A stretch of DNA of 64,000 nt from Azolla caroliniana (lineage: Eukaryota; Plantae; Polypodiophyta). The notes beneath the pieces were generated by a model, which had not been told where the DNA came from, made no database searches, and saw only the letters and a program-made list of their open reading frames with translations. How positions within the stretch are numbered: the stretch's first letter is position 1; each line of letters starts with the position of its first letter. The stretch lies in assembly GCA_043228905.1 (NCBI GenBank), contig JBHGNT010000006.1, positions 20,026,001 to 20,090,000 of the forward strand, written 5' to 3'. Made by a program: the position numbers and the translations under genes. Positions 22,664 to 34,400 of this stretch are shown here, in pieces.

Positions 22664-22823
22664 AAGTCCTTTCAAGCCTCATGGAATTACTCATCAAACC
22701 ATTTTGTATCTTCTACTACATTTATTGGCACCATTGCAAGACAAAGTCCTTTCAAGCCTCGTGGAATTACTCATCAAACCATTTTGTATCTTCTACTACA
22801 TTTATTGGCGCCATTGCAAGACA
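22664..22823. repeat. 80-bp tandem duplication
   Basis: AAGTCCTTTCAAGCCTC...CCATTGCAAGACA at 22664 and 22744, two mismatches. Confidence 0.9.
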
Positions 22824-23442
22824 TATGCTTCACCAAAAAGCAATAGTTTGTACATGAGAAAATGACTTTCTTAACATTTTCACTAAACTCAATGAGTTGA
22901 AAGCTTAAAACATTAATATCAATGATACCCTTCACATTAGGGATAATAATGGTTCTACCTAGTATTTTTTACACTAGTGGATTCTCGTATATGTGATTAG
23001 TCATTATAAACTCTTTCCACAAAATCGATCGACCACTAGGAGAAGTACAAATACACAATGCAAACATTATGCCATAGATAAGAGTATGTGGTACTTGATA
23101 TATACACGCAGAATAAGATATATATTGTATATAGTGACTAAATCACATATAAGAGTCAATGATAATGTCATAGACAAATGGTATATCAATGTTCCAGGTC
23201 CCTAAGGTGGAGTGTTTCACGTGCACGCTTGCAGATCATTGTTCTTTAATGAACTTTGTAAGAGTATATGGAGCAAGGTTGTGGTATCAATGTAGGTGAA
23301 GCCTATGCATCGGAATCAAGAGACAAAAAATATTCAACAATGTATTCAAAGAATGGAGCATTTTCTATTCATATAAGAATAATATAGCAATGATAGAACT
23401 TGGAATTACGTTAGGATTATGTGAGTGAGTTTGTGTCTTGTA

Positions 23443-25929
23443 CTAGGAAATGAATTTGCTACTTTTTTGCTTCTTCCAAGTAGCATAATTCAATCTCATG
23501 TCTTTGACTTTCTTTGCATCCTCTAGCATACCAGCAGCTGCACAAATGTTCTCCATAAGTACATAAGCTGCAGCACAGCTATCATCTAGTTGCATGATTT
23601 GATCAAACACGAGCTTTCCTAGCTTCACATTTCCCCATTTTCTACAAGCACCCAATACTACAAGCCACAAGTCAGGATACTGACAAGATGCCATCACCTT
23701 AATCACTGATGTCACCTCATCAAAGTGTCCAGAACATCCAAGAAATATCAACATACAACTTTGGTGTTCTATGCTCGGACTAATGCTATATTTCCTAGCC
23801 ATATTGCCGAAAAGCATTTGAGCCTCCACCAAGAGGCCAGAATGGCTACATGCACTTAGAACACAGACAAAAGTGACCTTGTCAGGAGAGAGACCTTCAT
23901 TTTGCATTTGCTCAAAACAATTTAGTGCTTCATTAGCTTGCCCTTGTTGGGCATATCCCACAATTAATGCATTCCATGAGACTATATCTCGGATAGGAAG
24001 GACATCGAGCACATCTCTCGCTTTTTCAAGCATTCCACCTCTGGCATACATATCCACTAAAGTAGTGCCAAGCATAATATTCTCTTGCAGTATGCATTTA
24101 CTTGATATTTCTTCATGAATTTGCTTGCCTTTACCAACAGCTCCAATGTTGCCACATGCCTTTAGCATGCAAATAAAAGTGACCACATCTGGAGAGACGC
24201 ACTCATTTTGCATTCTATGAAGACAGTTAAGTGCTTCATGCCCTTGGTCTTCTTGGACATATCCAAAAATTAGTGTGGACCAAGAGACTACATCATGAAA
24301 AGGAAGTTCTTCAAACACATTTTGTGCTTTCTCAAGCATGCCACATTTGATATACATATCTAGCAATGCATTTCCGAGTGCAATATCTTTTTCCATCAAG
24401 CCCTTTTTCACAATCTCTTCATGAATTTGTTTGCCCTTGTCTATAGCTCCTATGCTGCCACATGCCCTCAACATGCAAATGAAGGTAACCACATCAGGAG
24501 AGAGACCCTCATTTTGCATCTTTTCATAGCAATTCAATGCTTCATAGCCTTGCCCCTGCTGGGTATATCCAGAAATAAGGGCTGACCAAGAGGCGGCATT
24601 TCGGAAAGGAAGGTGTTCGAGCACGTGTTCTGCTTTTCCAAGCACATTACATGTAGCATACATATCTACCAAAGCAGTGCCAAGCACAATGTCCTTCTCC
24701 AACAAGCCCCTCCTTACAATCTCATCATGGATGTGTCTGCCTACCTCTATAGCTCCTGCACTGCTACATGCTTTCAAGATACAGGTGAAGGTGACCGCAT
24801 CTGGAGATAGACCCTCACTTTGCATGTGTTCGAAAGAGGTCAGGGTTCCATGGCATTCCCCTTGTTGAGCATACCCTGAAATTAGTGCATTCCAAGACAC
24901 TATATTGCGGATAGGAAGCTCTTCGAGCACACGTTGTGATTTTGCAAGCATACCACATTTGGCATACATATCCACCAATGCATTCCCGAGTGCAACATCC
25001 TTCTCTATCAAGCCCCTACTCATAATCTCCTCGTGGATCTCTTTACCTTTATCTATAGCTCCTATACCACTACAAGCCTTCAAGATGCAAATGAAGGTGA
25101 CAATATTCGGGAAAAGTGTCTCGAGCTTCATTCGTTTGAAACAATAAAATGCTTCATTGCCTTGCCCCTGTTGGGCATACCCTGCAATTAACGCAGACCA
25201 AGAGACTACATTTCTTACAAGAAGTTCCTCCAGAACTTCTTGTGCTTTTGCAAGCATGCTGCATTTGGCATACATACCAATCAAAACATTCCCAAGTGTG
25301 GCACTCTTTTGTAGTAAGCCCTTCCTGACAATATGAAGATGAATCTGTTTTCCCATTTCTAAAGCCCCTGCACTACCACATGCCTTCATAATACAAATGA
25401 AGGTGACTACATCTGGAGAGATATTGTTGCTTTGCATCCTTTCATAGCAGTTCAACACTTCATGAACTTTACCATGCTCAGCATACCCAGTAATCAAAGC
25501 ATTCCAGCACACTATGTTTTGGGTACCAAGGCCTTCGAGCAATTGTTGTGCTTTTGCAAATGCACCACATTTTGAATACATGTTTATCAAACTGCTGACT
25601 ATATGAGGGGTGTTCTGTAGTAAAACACCCCTTTCCAGAATGTTTGCATGTACTCTAATACCTCCATCAAGGTCTTTGCCCTTGGCACAAGCTTGTAGCA
25701 AAGGTACAAATGAAAATAAATGGTTTTCATAGCTGTTCTCCTTCTCATGTGGTCTAACACCTTCATTGAGGTCTTTCCCCTTGGCACAACTTTGTAGTAA
25801 AGGCACAAATGAAAACAAGTAGTTTTCATAATTGTTCTCCTTCTCGTGATCATCTTTTAAATCCTTATATACAGATACTCGTCTCTGAAACTCTTCATGA
25901 ACCCAAGAGGGACTGTGCCATTCATTAAT
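23443..25929 (-). CDS. PLS-class pentatricopeptide repeat protein with E domain, no DYW; 5' exon unresolved
   Basis: Open frame of about 830 aa with six P-L-S triplets of about 102-aa period (W[NS]ALI.GY / FICILKAC / GNAL.DMYAKCG). E domain LWLVVLGACRKWGNV...AAAYVLMENI, ending KKQKSSKFIS*. The track's start is a TTG inside a TTTGCAG acceptor-like site, so an upstream exon is expected. Confidence 0.88.
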   Translation of the reverse strand: MNEWHSPSWVHEEFQRRVSVYKDLKDDHEKENNYENYLFSFVPLLQSCAKGKDLNEGVRPHEKENSYENHLFSFVPLLQACAKGKDLDGGIRVHANILERGVLLQNTPHIVSSLINMYSKCGAFAKAQQLLEGLGTQNIVCWNALITGYAEHGKVHEVLNCYERMQSNNISPDVVTFICIMKACGSAGALEMGKQIHLHIVRKGLLQKSATLGNVLIGMYAKCSMLAKAQEVLEELLVRNVVSWSALIAGYAQQGQGNEAFYCFKRMKLETLFPNIVTFICILKACSGIGAIDKGKEIHEEIMSRGLIEKDVALGNALVDMYAKCGMLAKSQRVLEELPIRNIVSWNALISGYAQQGECHGTLTSFEHMQSEGLSPDAVTFTCILKACSSAGAIEVGRHIHDEIVRRGLLEKDIVLGTALVDMYATCNVLGKAEHVLEHLPFRNAASWSALISGYTQQGQGYEALNCYEKMQNEGLSPDVVTFICMLRACGSIGAIDKGKQIHEEIVKKGLMEKDIALGNALLDMYIKCGMLEKAQNVFEELPFHDVVSWSTLIFGYVQEDQGHEALNCLHRMQNECVSPDVVTFICMLKACGNIGAVGKGKQIHEEISSKCILQENIMLGTTLVDMYARGGMLEKARDVLDVLPIRDIVSWNALIVGYAQQGQANEALNCFEQMQNEGLSPDKVTFVCVLSACSHSGLLVEAQMLFGNMARKYSISPSIEHQSCMLIFLGCSGHFDEVTSVIKVMASCQYPDLWLVVLGACRKWGNVKLGKLVFDQIMQLDDSCAAAYVLMENICAAAGMLEDAKKVKDMRLNYATWKKQKSSKFIS

Positions 25930-26269
25930 CTGCAAAGACTGGTAATGAATTGTGAGTGGAAAGTCCTCTGATTCAGATCAAATCTAGATAAAAAAAATCA
26001 TCTCTTCTTTTTCATATGAGAGTCATACCCTAGTGGTAAGCAAAGTGTTAGCCCATGCATCCAGGTTCAAACAATACATAAATAATACATATGGACAAAG
26101 ATCCATGCTGCAAAGGCACTATTATATAAAGCAAGCAGCTATATTCCACACAGTGAATCGCTGTGCTATCATTTTTCTGGGTCAGACATGGCAGATCCCG
26201 TTGGAGATCTATCTTTGGACATTTCTAAATATGCTAACTGATGTGAAACAGTGTAATTCCATTTTGTAA

Positions 26270-27070
26270 AAATTGAGAAGGCCTTCGACACAATCCTAAG
26301 GATAAAGTTATTGGAAAGGATGGAAATTTTAGCATATCAATAAGCATGAAAACAGCTGTGACCTGCATAATCAAAATGCAGGTTGAAGATAAAGGTGGAC
26401 TTTTCTAGAGAGTTCATGAGCATAGTGGGAGGAAACAAGGATGCCCCCTCTCACCTACTCTAACCAATCTATGTATTGACCAACTGAAAGAGTTCATCGA
26501 AGAAACTTTAGGAGAGCACAAGGAAAAACCAGGTATACTTTTGATTGCTTTTGATTTACCTAGTTGATGTTTATACTTTTGGCATATGCAAAACTGAGAC
26601 TGCAAAAGCTTCAGGATGTACCACAGACGTTCTATGAATATAAATGGCCTAGCAGTCAGTGTGGCAAAGATCAAAGTCATGGTGGTAAGTATTGTCAAAT
26701 CTGAAAGCCATTAGCTAGCAGTGTGCCATAACAAGGAGGCAATCCAAGTGGTTCACAGTATCAAATACCTTAAGAGTTGGCATACCTTAGAGTTAACATA
26801 CCTAAAGTGTCTAACTAGGAGAATGCCAGCTGGCACATGCCAATTCTGCGAAATGAGAAGATGTGCCACTTGTGCAAAACCCAAAGATGGTGGATTCAAG
26901 TAACAGTATTTGATGCATGTGTGATGCAAACTCTGATTTATGGAACTGAGGTCTGGGGAAGCTTAAGGAATGAAATATTTCAACAAGGTCAGTAGGCATA
27001 AAGAGCTCAATCTCACACTCCATAATGCTCCTAGAAACAAGAATATTGAAAGTACATGTTGAAAATAAGG
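26270..27070 (+). mobile_element. Degenerate non-LTR retrotransposon (LINE) RT fragment
   Basis: Broken frames give IEKAFDTI (about 26272), RKQGCPLSPTL (about 26430) and NGLAVSVAKIKVMV (about 26643), which are LINE RT motifs. Many stops and frameshifts; boundaries approximate. Confidence 0.7.
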
Positions 27071-28818
27071 ACAATGCATAAAAACTTTCCTCCCTAGATT
27101 GATATGGGAAATTGGATATTTGTGACAGAAAAATCACAAGCAAATTTCTTTCATCCATCAGGGTTCAAGAGATCCAGAGATGGTTTGCGAGATGGCTTGT
27201 TGAAGAAAATTTGATTCGATAAACATGTAACTTTCAAATGCCTCATACATGAAGGCATCAGCCATGATTATTGGGAATTCTTACAATCTTTCACGACCAA
27301 AACAATCTTCCTTTTTCATTTCAGATTTTGCTTTTTATTTCTATTCTACTATTTTGAAATCCCCCACCTACACAGCAGGGGAGGGTGCTTTGTAACAATT
27401 GTTTTGTCTCATGGATCATGATGGCCCTTCATGAATGTCAAAATCAATCGCCTCTCTCTTTGGACTGTAACCTAATGGTAAACCAGGTATTTACAAACAC
27501 ATGCACCTGGGTTCAAATCACACCATATTCATTACTGGACTAGATGCCAAAGCCAAAGCCAAATGTAGGGGTTGAACGTGTGACTTTTTGAACTCTCCCA
27601 CTGAACAACCTTACCGACTGACCTACAGCTATCTGGGCAGTTTTATCAATTTAGCTACATTTAGTTTGGTTTTTCTTATCAAAGATGACACAACATTTTA
27701 TGATTCGGTTTTATGCGCCATTTCAGCCTCTTAAAATACATGAATCTCTCTCTCTGTCTCTCTCTGTCTCCCTCTGTCTCTCTCTCTCTCTCTCCTCCTA
27801 GGTCTCATAGATCATATTTGACCTCCGAAGACGATAATATAATCTCTCTCTCTCTCTTCTTACCTTGGTGCTTTGATGTTGATAGCAAGGGGAAGGACCT
27901 CTGAAGTATTCCTTCCATAATACATCCAATCTTTGGTAGGAGGAGCCGTTGGGCCTCCCATATCTAGCCATGGAACCATTGCCACGAGGAGTATCGGTTG
28001 AACTAATCCCAACCTTGAGAAGAAGATCAAACGGTTAGAATTGGAAAAGCAATTTGATTCCTCCATGACAAACAACAGATACGGGGCTCCGTTTTTGCGG
28101 GAGTTGTGGCCATGGCTCATAATTCTCAGACACACTGCTCATAATTGTCAAACACCCTGCTCATAATTCTCTCAGACACCCGACTTGGAAGGGTTTAGGG
28201 TATAAAAACGCAAGCGCCTGTCGATTTTTCATCATTTTTCAAATCAGAGAGATTGAGCTAGTTGGAGGGATTTTCAAATCAGAGAGATTCTTCGACATTA
28301 CGATCAGTAACTACCACCCGGAAAATCATTCAAGTATGTATTTTTATTGGGACTTGTTCGTTTTTTCTTATTTGTAAAAATGTGTTTTCTAAATCATGGT
28401 TTTGTGTTTTTGAAATGGTGAAATGGGTTAGGGTTAGGGTTAGGGTTCCACATCAAAATGTTGAAGTGGATTGTTTTAACTTTATTAAACCTGTTTAAAT
28501 CTTTAAATGGGTTTAAGGTTTTTGGAATCAAAAGATGAATCAGGGTCATGTAAAAGATTTTTCATATGTCTCAGGGTTTTTGTGTTTTCATGATATGTAG
28601 TTTCTTAATAATGTTAATATGGCTTCTTAAAATGGGTTTAGCGTTTACATATCTCGTCATATATTTATTGCTTGTCAAAGATGGTTGCGAAGTCCAAACA
28701 CTTCGAAATGGAAGATGTCAACTAGGGTCACTCTGAAGGGAGGTATGTCGCTCCCTCATACTTTCTTTTGTATAATAGAGTTCTACATGTGTGCTAACCC
28801 TTGTTTTGATTCTACAAG

Positions 28819-29267
28819 TAACAATTGGCAACGGTTCGGTTCGAGAGGGTCCAACCCGAACCGTTTAATTTTTTTTTAACATGAACCAAACCATGAAACC
28901 GTTAAACCAAATTGTTAAACATTTTTCAAACCGTTAAACTATTAAACCGTAAAAACCGCGGTTTCGTGGTTCAGTTTCGGTTTTCAACATAGTTCAAATT
29001 TTTTATTTTTTAAAATTTATAATATTTCATTATTTAGAATTTTTAAATTTTTTTAGATGTTCCTAAAATGTGAGAATAAGGTGTAAAAATGAAAAGATTG
29101 TTTAAAAACAAAATTAAAAAATTTTTAATAAAAATTTTAAAAAATAAAAACTGTTAAACCGTTTAAACCGCGGTTTTTAACTGTTGAAACCAAACCGAAC
29201 CGAACTGAACCGTTAAACACGGTTTCACGGTTCGGTTCGGTTCAAACCGAACCGTTGTCGATTGTTA
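28819..29267. mobile_element. hAT-type MITE, 449 bp
   Basis: TIRs TAACAATTGGCAACGGTTCGGTT / AACCGAACCGTTGTCGATTGTTA. Perfect 8-bp TSD TCTACAAG at 28811-28818 and 29268-29275. Confidence 0.9.
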
Positions 29268-29452
29268 TCTACAAGGTTGTTGTTAATAGGGGGGGATCAT
29301 AGAAAGGACACATCCCGTGAAGATGGAAGCTCAAAACAACATGGACATGGCAAAGATTTACCTAAATACAACAAAGGATTTGCAGTTTTTCTATCGAGGT
29401 ACTTGACCAAGATTTTTGGAATTTAGATTAAAATTTTAACTCTTTCAAATTA

Positions 29453-29518
<66 letters not shown>

Positions 29519-30629
29519 CGCATATATTTGCTTCTACTTAAGGTTGGTCCTTTATGGTTATTTTTGTGTTAGGTATCACAGTAAATAAAAATAAATGATT
29601 CATTCAAATCTCAAGTTTGTGGAGTTTTTTTTTATTGTTTTTCATGTTTTCATCTTGATAACAGGTCGAGGTTGTTGGCCGACCCATTGGAAATGGTAAT
29701 GGTTGGACATGGGAGTTTTGCCTTCTAAATTAGTTAAATGCACTTTTCAATAAGATGTCAAAAGCTCTTGTCTTCCAAAGAAGTCCATTTTCTTATTATC
29801 CAGATGCTAATAATTATTGTCTTATGCATGCAACAAAAGATGTCCACCATCGTATCCCTACTCGACAACTCCCTTCGTACCCACAAGCAGCATTCTTCCC
29901 CCATCAGTGTTAAGCAAAGTGGCAGCAAAAGGAGGAGAACCATTGATACGTAGAAGCATCTGTTACCTAATCAACTAAGGAGAGTTCATATTTATTATTC
30001 TTTATTGTACTTGTATTGTATAAAAGAAGGCATCATTTTGTATAATCTTGATCATGCATATGAATATACTCTTTTGCACATTTTTTATATCAATGAGCCA
30101 TTTGTCAATTGGTCCATTCTTTATATGAATATACTATTTGGCACATTTTGTATATAATAAAGTTTTGTAGTGTATATGAATGGATGACCAAATTTTACCT
30201 AATGAAGATGTTAATCATAGGGTTGATTGAGTTTTACCCAATCTTTTGTATCACTTGGTATTAAAATACATGCTACTTATGGATTTCTTCTTGTTTCATG
30301 TATTGGCCAAATGATGGTATCATATTGTATTCAAATACATGCTCAGATCCAATTCATATGATTGTTGGATATGGAGAGACTGAAGACAGTAAAAGAGCTT
30401 TTTGCCTTTGTGCACAAATGGATCTAAGCATAAGTCAACATGTACTGCATGATTCATCGATTCAGTGGTCTAAAATATTCGACATGTTTTTGATAGCCAA
30501 TACATAAAACAAGGTAGCATAGAACAACAAATGCATCTTATATTTTTTAGACAATATCAACTGTCTATGGTGACATTTTTGAACGAGTCACCATTTTGGT
30601 AATTTTGACATTTTAAAGAGTGTTACGTA

Positions 30630-30940
30630 ATACATGCAAAAAGCCAAGGAATTACTTCTTATCATTAAAATTCATCTATATTGTTAAGTGTTTTTTCTTA
30701 TCATGATAATTCATCCCATTTGTTGATTGACCTTATAAAGAATGTTACATTGTACACAATATGTGCAAAAAGCCAAGTAATTACTTCTTATCATGATAGA
30801 ATATTCATCTATATTGTTAAGTATTTTTTCTTATCCTGATAATTAATCCCATCTGTTGATTGACCTTATAAAGAATGTTACATAATACGTACAAAAAGCC
30901 AAGGAATTACTTATTATCATGATAAATCATCTATAGTATT
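30630..30940. repeat. Degenerate tandem repeat of about 125-130 bp, about 2.5 copies
   Basis: AAAAGCCAAG(G/T)AATTACTT(C/A)TTATCAT recurs at about 30639, 30768 and 30894. Confidence 0.75.
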
Positions 30941-31472
30941 AATCGTAGAGCTAACTCATCTATACGTGTTAAGTGTTTGAACTTATGGAATAGTTAAAAG
31001 TACAATTTTAGTATAATAAAATTTATAATCAAGATAGAAATTGGAAATTCTACAAAGTGTCATTAGATGGAGAAACTCATTACAACATTAATCCTTAACT
31101 ATGGAATGCATAACTGATTTATGATCAATATGGGGTCCCATTCGTTGATTCACTTTGTAAAGCTCGTTACACAACATGTTCAAAATGTATATGTACATTG
31201 TACATGTTCAAACTCGTCTATATGTCTTAAGTGTTCAAGTTAAATATTGGACATGAAGTAAAGTTAGATATTGGACATTTTGTGATTATATATTTTGTAA
31301 ATTGAATATTTAAGTATTAAGTTTAGTGTAATTGGAAGAGTGATGTTTTTTAGTGGAGTTATAGTATAACATTTTGATGTCAATTTTATTTTTTTACAAT
31401 TAATTTTTTTAATGGTTTCATGTCAGACGGGTGTTTGAAAATTATAAGCAAGGTGTCTGAATTTATTATTTT

Positions 31473-34400
31473 ATTTTTTTTATTTTATAAAAAGATGTAT
31501 TGTCATTAGTATAAACAATTTATAAGATTTTAAAACCTCTCTGTGATCGGCAGGGGAAACAACCATTTCGGTGGCTAAAAATGCCAATAAAGAGTGCCAT
31601 AATTGGATGTCATGAACGGAGTAGTTGTCCAGATAATAAGAAACTCACTTCGTTGAGCAATTTTAGCCTCGGAATCTCCAACTATACCATCCCATTGACC
31701 CTTCAAAGTATGAACTATGTCGAACCAAATGTTTGAAACCATTTCACAAGGTAGTGTTTTAAGTTGATGGAAAACGAGAGAGCACTGAGGCTTCCAAATG
31801 TGATATACAATGGTACTACTTAGTATCTCCCATACTGGCTAGACTTCCTTCCTTACTCCTGAAAACTGTAATGACAGCAGTGGTAATGTATGAACACTTC
31901 CATATTTAGTGTAAAACCCATGGTCCATAGATTCATTGTCACAATGGAATGCATCACGGACAAGTGATGTCCAAACCACCATGCCCCAAGTGAAAACCAA
32001 TGGGGGGAAATAATTAGCAAAAACTCTACGGAGTCGTTGCCATATTTGTTGAGACTCAACGCATTCCCATAAACAATGTTTTGAGTTTCCATTTGTAATT
32101 GACATTGAGTACAACCAGAAGATACTCCCATCCTATGCAACCATGTGCCTATTGGCAAGGCCTAGTGTACAACTAAACATTGTACATGCAATATTTTGTG
32201 TGGTTGTTTTCTTATATAACTTGTTCCGCAGTGACAATAGGAGGGGTGCCACTTGATTTTCCATTGAAAGATCAATACCTATCGTACACCCTAGGCACCG
32301 AACTGGACAACCTGATGGTATCCATCGAAATTGCGGGTGTGGATTCCATAGAGGAGGCTCTACATTCCCCACCCAAAATGCAAAGGACTTGTCCCAATTG
32401 ACCAGTGCACTTGAAGCCTTACAAATTGTGGATATGGCCAATTCTGTTTTTTGCAGACTTTCCAAATCACCTTGTACTTGTATAGAGCAGTGTCATATGC
32501 AAACTCAACATCCCTTACTTCTATATGTGAGAGTGGGACTCGTAGTCCCCATATACCAAAATCACCAGCATTCAAAAAAGAGATCATTGCCTCAACAAAA
32601 AACAAAAACAGGAAAGGAGCCAAAGGACAACCCTGGCGAACTGATCGATAAATAGAAAACAAAGGTCCATAATTCCCGGCCAATAAGACTCGGCTTTGTG
32701 CCGAATTATATAATGAAGAAATACTTGTTATCCATTCTTTCGAGAAACCAAAACGAGCCAATACACCTTGTAAAAGTTCCCAATCAACACGGTCATAAGC
32801 TTTCTCAATATCAAGCATAACAATAGCCAAGTTTTGATTAGATTTGGATGCCAAATCTGCAAATTCCCAAAACGTATAAACATTATCCAAAATGCTCCTT
32901 TCCCGAATGAATCCTGTTTGTGATGGATGTATAACTTTAGGCATTATAGTACTAAGTTGTATACTAATTGCTTTAACTACAATTTTATACACTGGATTTA
33001 ATAATGTAATTAGGCGCCATTTCTTGATGTCCAATGAAGGACCTTCTGATTTAGGGATAAGGTAAATTAGTCCTTCTGTAAAATATGGAGGCATATTACC
33101 CTCTCGAAGAATTTGTTGAAATGTTGTACATAAATATGCTTTGAACAAGTCCCAATATTTAATGAAGAATGTTGGGGTCAAACCATCCATACTTGGACAA
33201 CAAATTTTAGGCAAAGCTTGGAGTGCTTCACTCAATTCCCCATAAGTAAGAACATCTTGGAGCTTGGCATTCATATCTTGTGTTATTCTTGAACTCAATT
33301 TATTCCATACACAAGATCGACTTATTAAATCCTCATCGGAGAAGGAAACAACTGATAGTAGGTCAGACTAGTATCGTGTGGTTATTTCTCTCATCACTTG
33401 AGGGTCAGATGAGATAGTTCCATTCTCATGTTGTAGTTGTTTGAGTGAAACTGCATTATGATTTGGTCTCATGGCATGAAAAATTCAATTGTGCATTTAT
33501 CACCCATTTGGGTTCAATTAGCTGCCCTATGATGATATTGAAATTCTGCACGTTTTTCTAATAGTATAGCAAGTTCTTGTCTTGCTGACCCAAGTTTCTC
33601 AACAATCCAAGTGCAATGTGGATAACATTCTTGTAATCGTTGTAGAGAAACAAGAGAACTACGTGACCGTTTCTCCTTTTCTTGTAGCATAGAAAACCTC
33701 ACCTTGAATTTATCCTGAAAAATTCTGAAATACATCGTAAGCCATTATCTACCCACATAGCCATTGATTCCTGTACAACATCTTTTTGAGACCATAACTC
33801 AGCCACTTGTAAGGAAAAGCTATTGTCTAACAACACATATTTAGGAATCTTCAGATTGGTGAATTCCTTAAAGTTTTGGCTCGAAATTGATAGGATAACT
33901 GGAGCATGATCAGGGAAGGTAGTTCCTGGCATTATATGTATTGTACTAATTGCTGAAATAAATTTTCTAGATACGTATAATCTATCTAATCAAGCTAAAT
34001 TAGTATTGTTTACACACCTATTTAATCTTTGAAAACAAAAATGAGGTGTTTGTATGAACCATTAAAGGAACGTGCCAAGCATCTAATATTTGTAAGGAAA
34101 ACACCAATTGTTCCCACATTGCTAATTCATGGCCATGTATCATGGTTGAGCTACCTCCCATTCTATCAATGGGTCCTCAAGCTTGTTGAAATCACCAGTG
34201 ATACACCAATGATCAAGGGGAGGCAAATTATTTAATAATTCTTTCCAAAATTGTTGTCGTGTAGAGGCAATATTGGGAGCATATATATTCAAGAGTCCCC
34301 ATGTAATCTCTCCCTCTTGCATAATAACATATTGAGCCCTTCCAAGAATGACCGCTTGTTGTTGGATAATGTATGAAATCCACCTTTGAGAAATAGCCAT

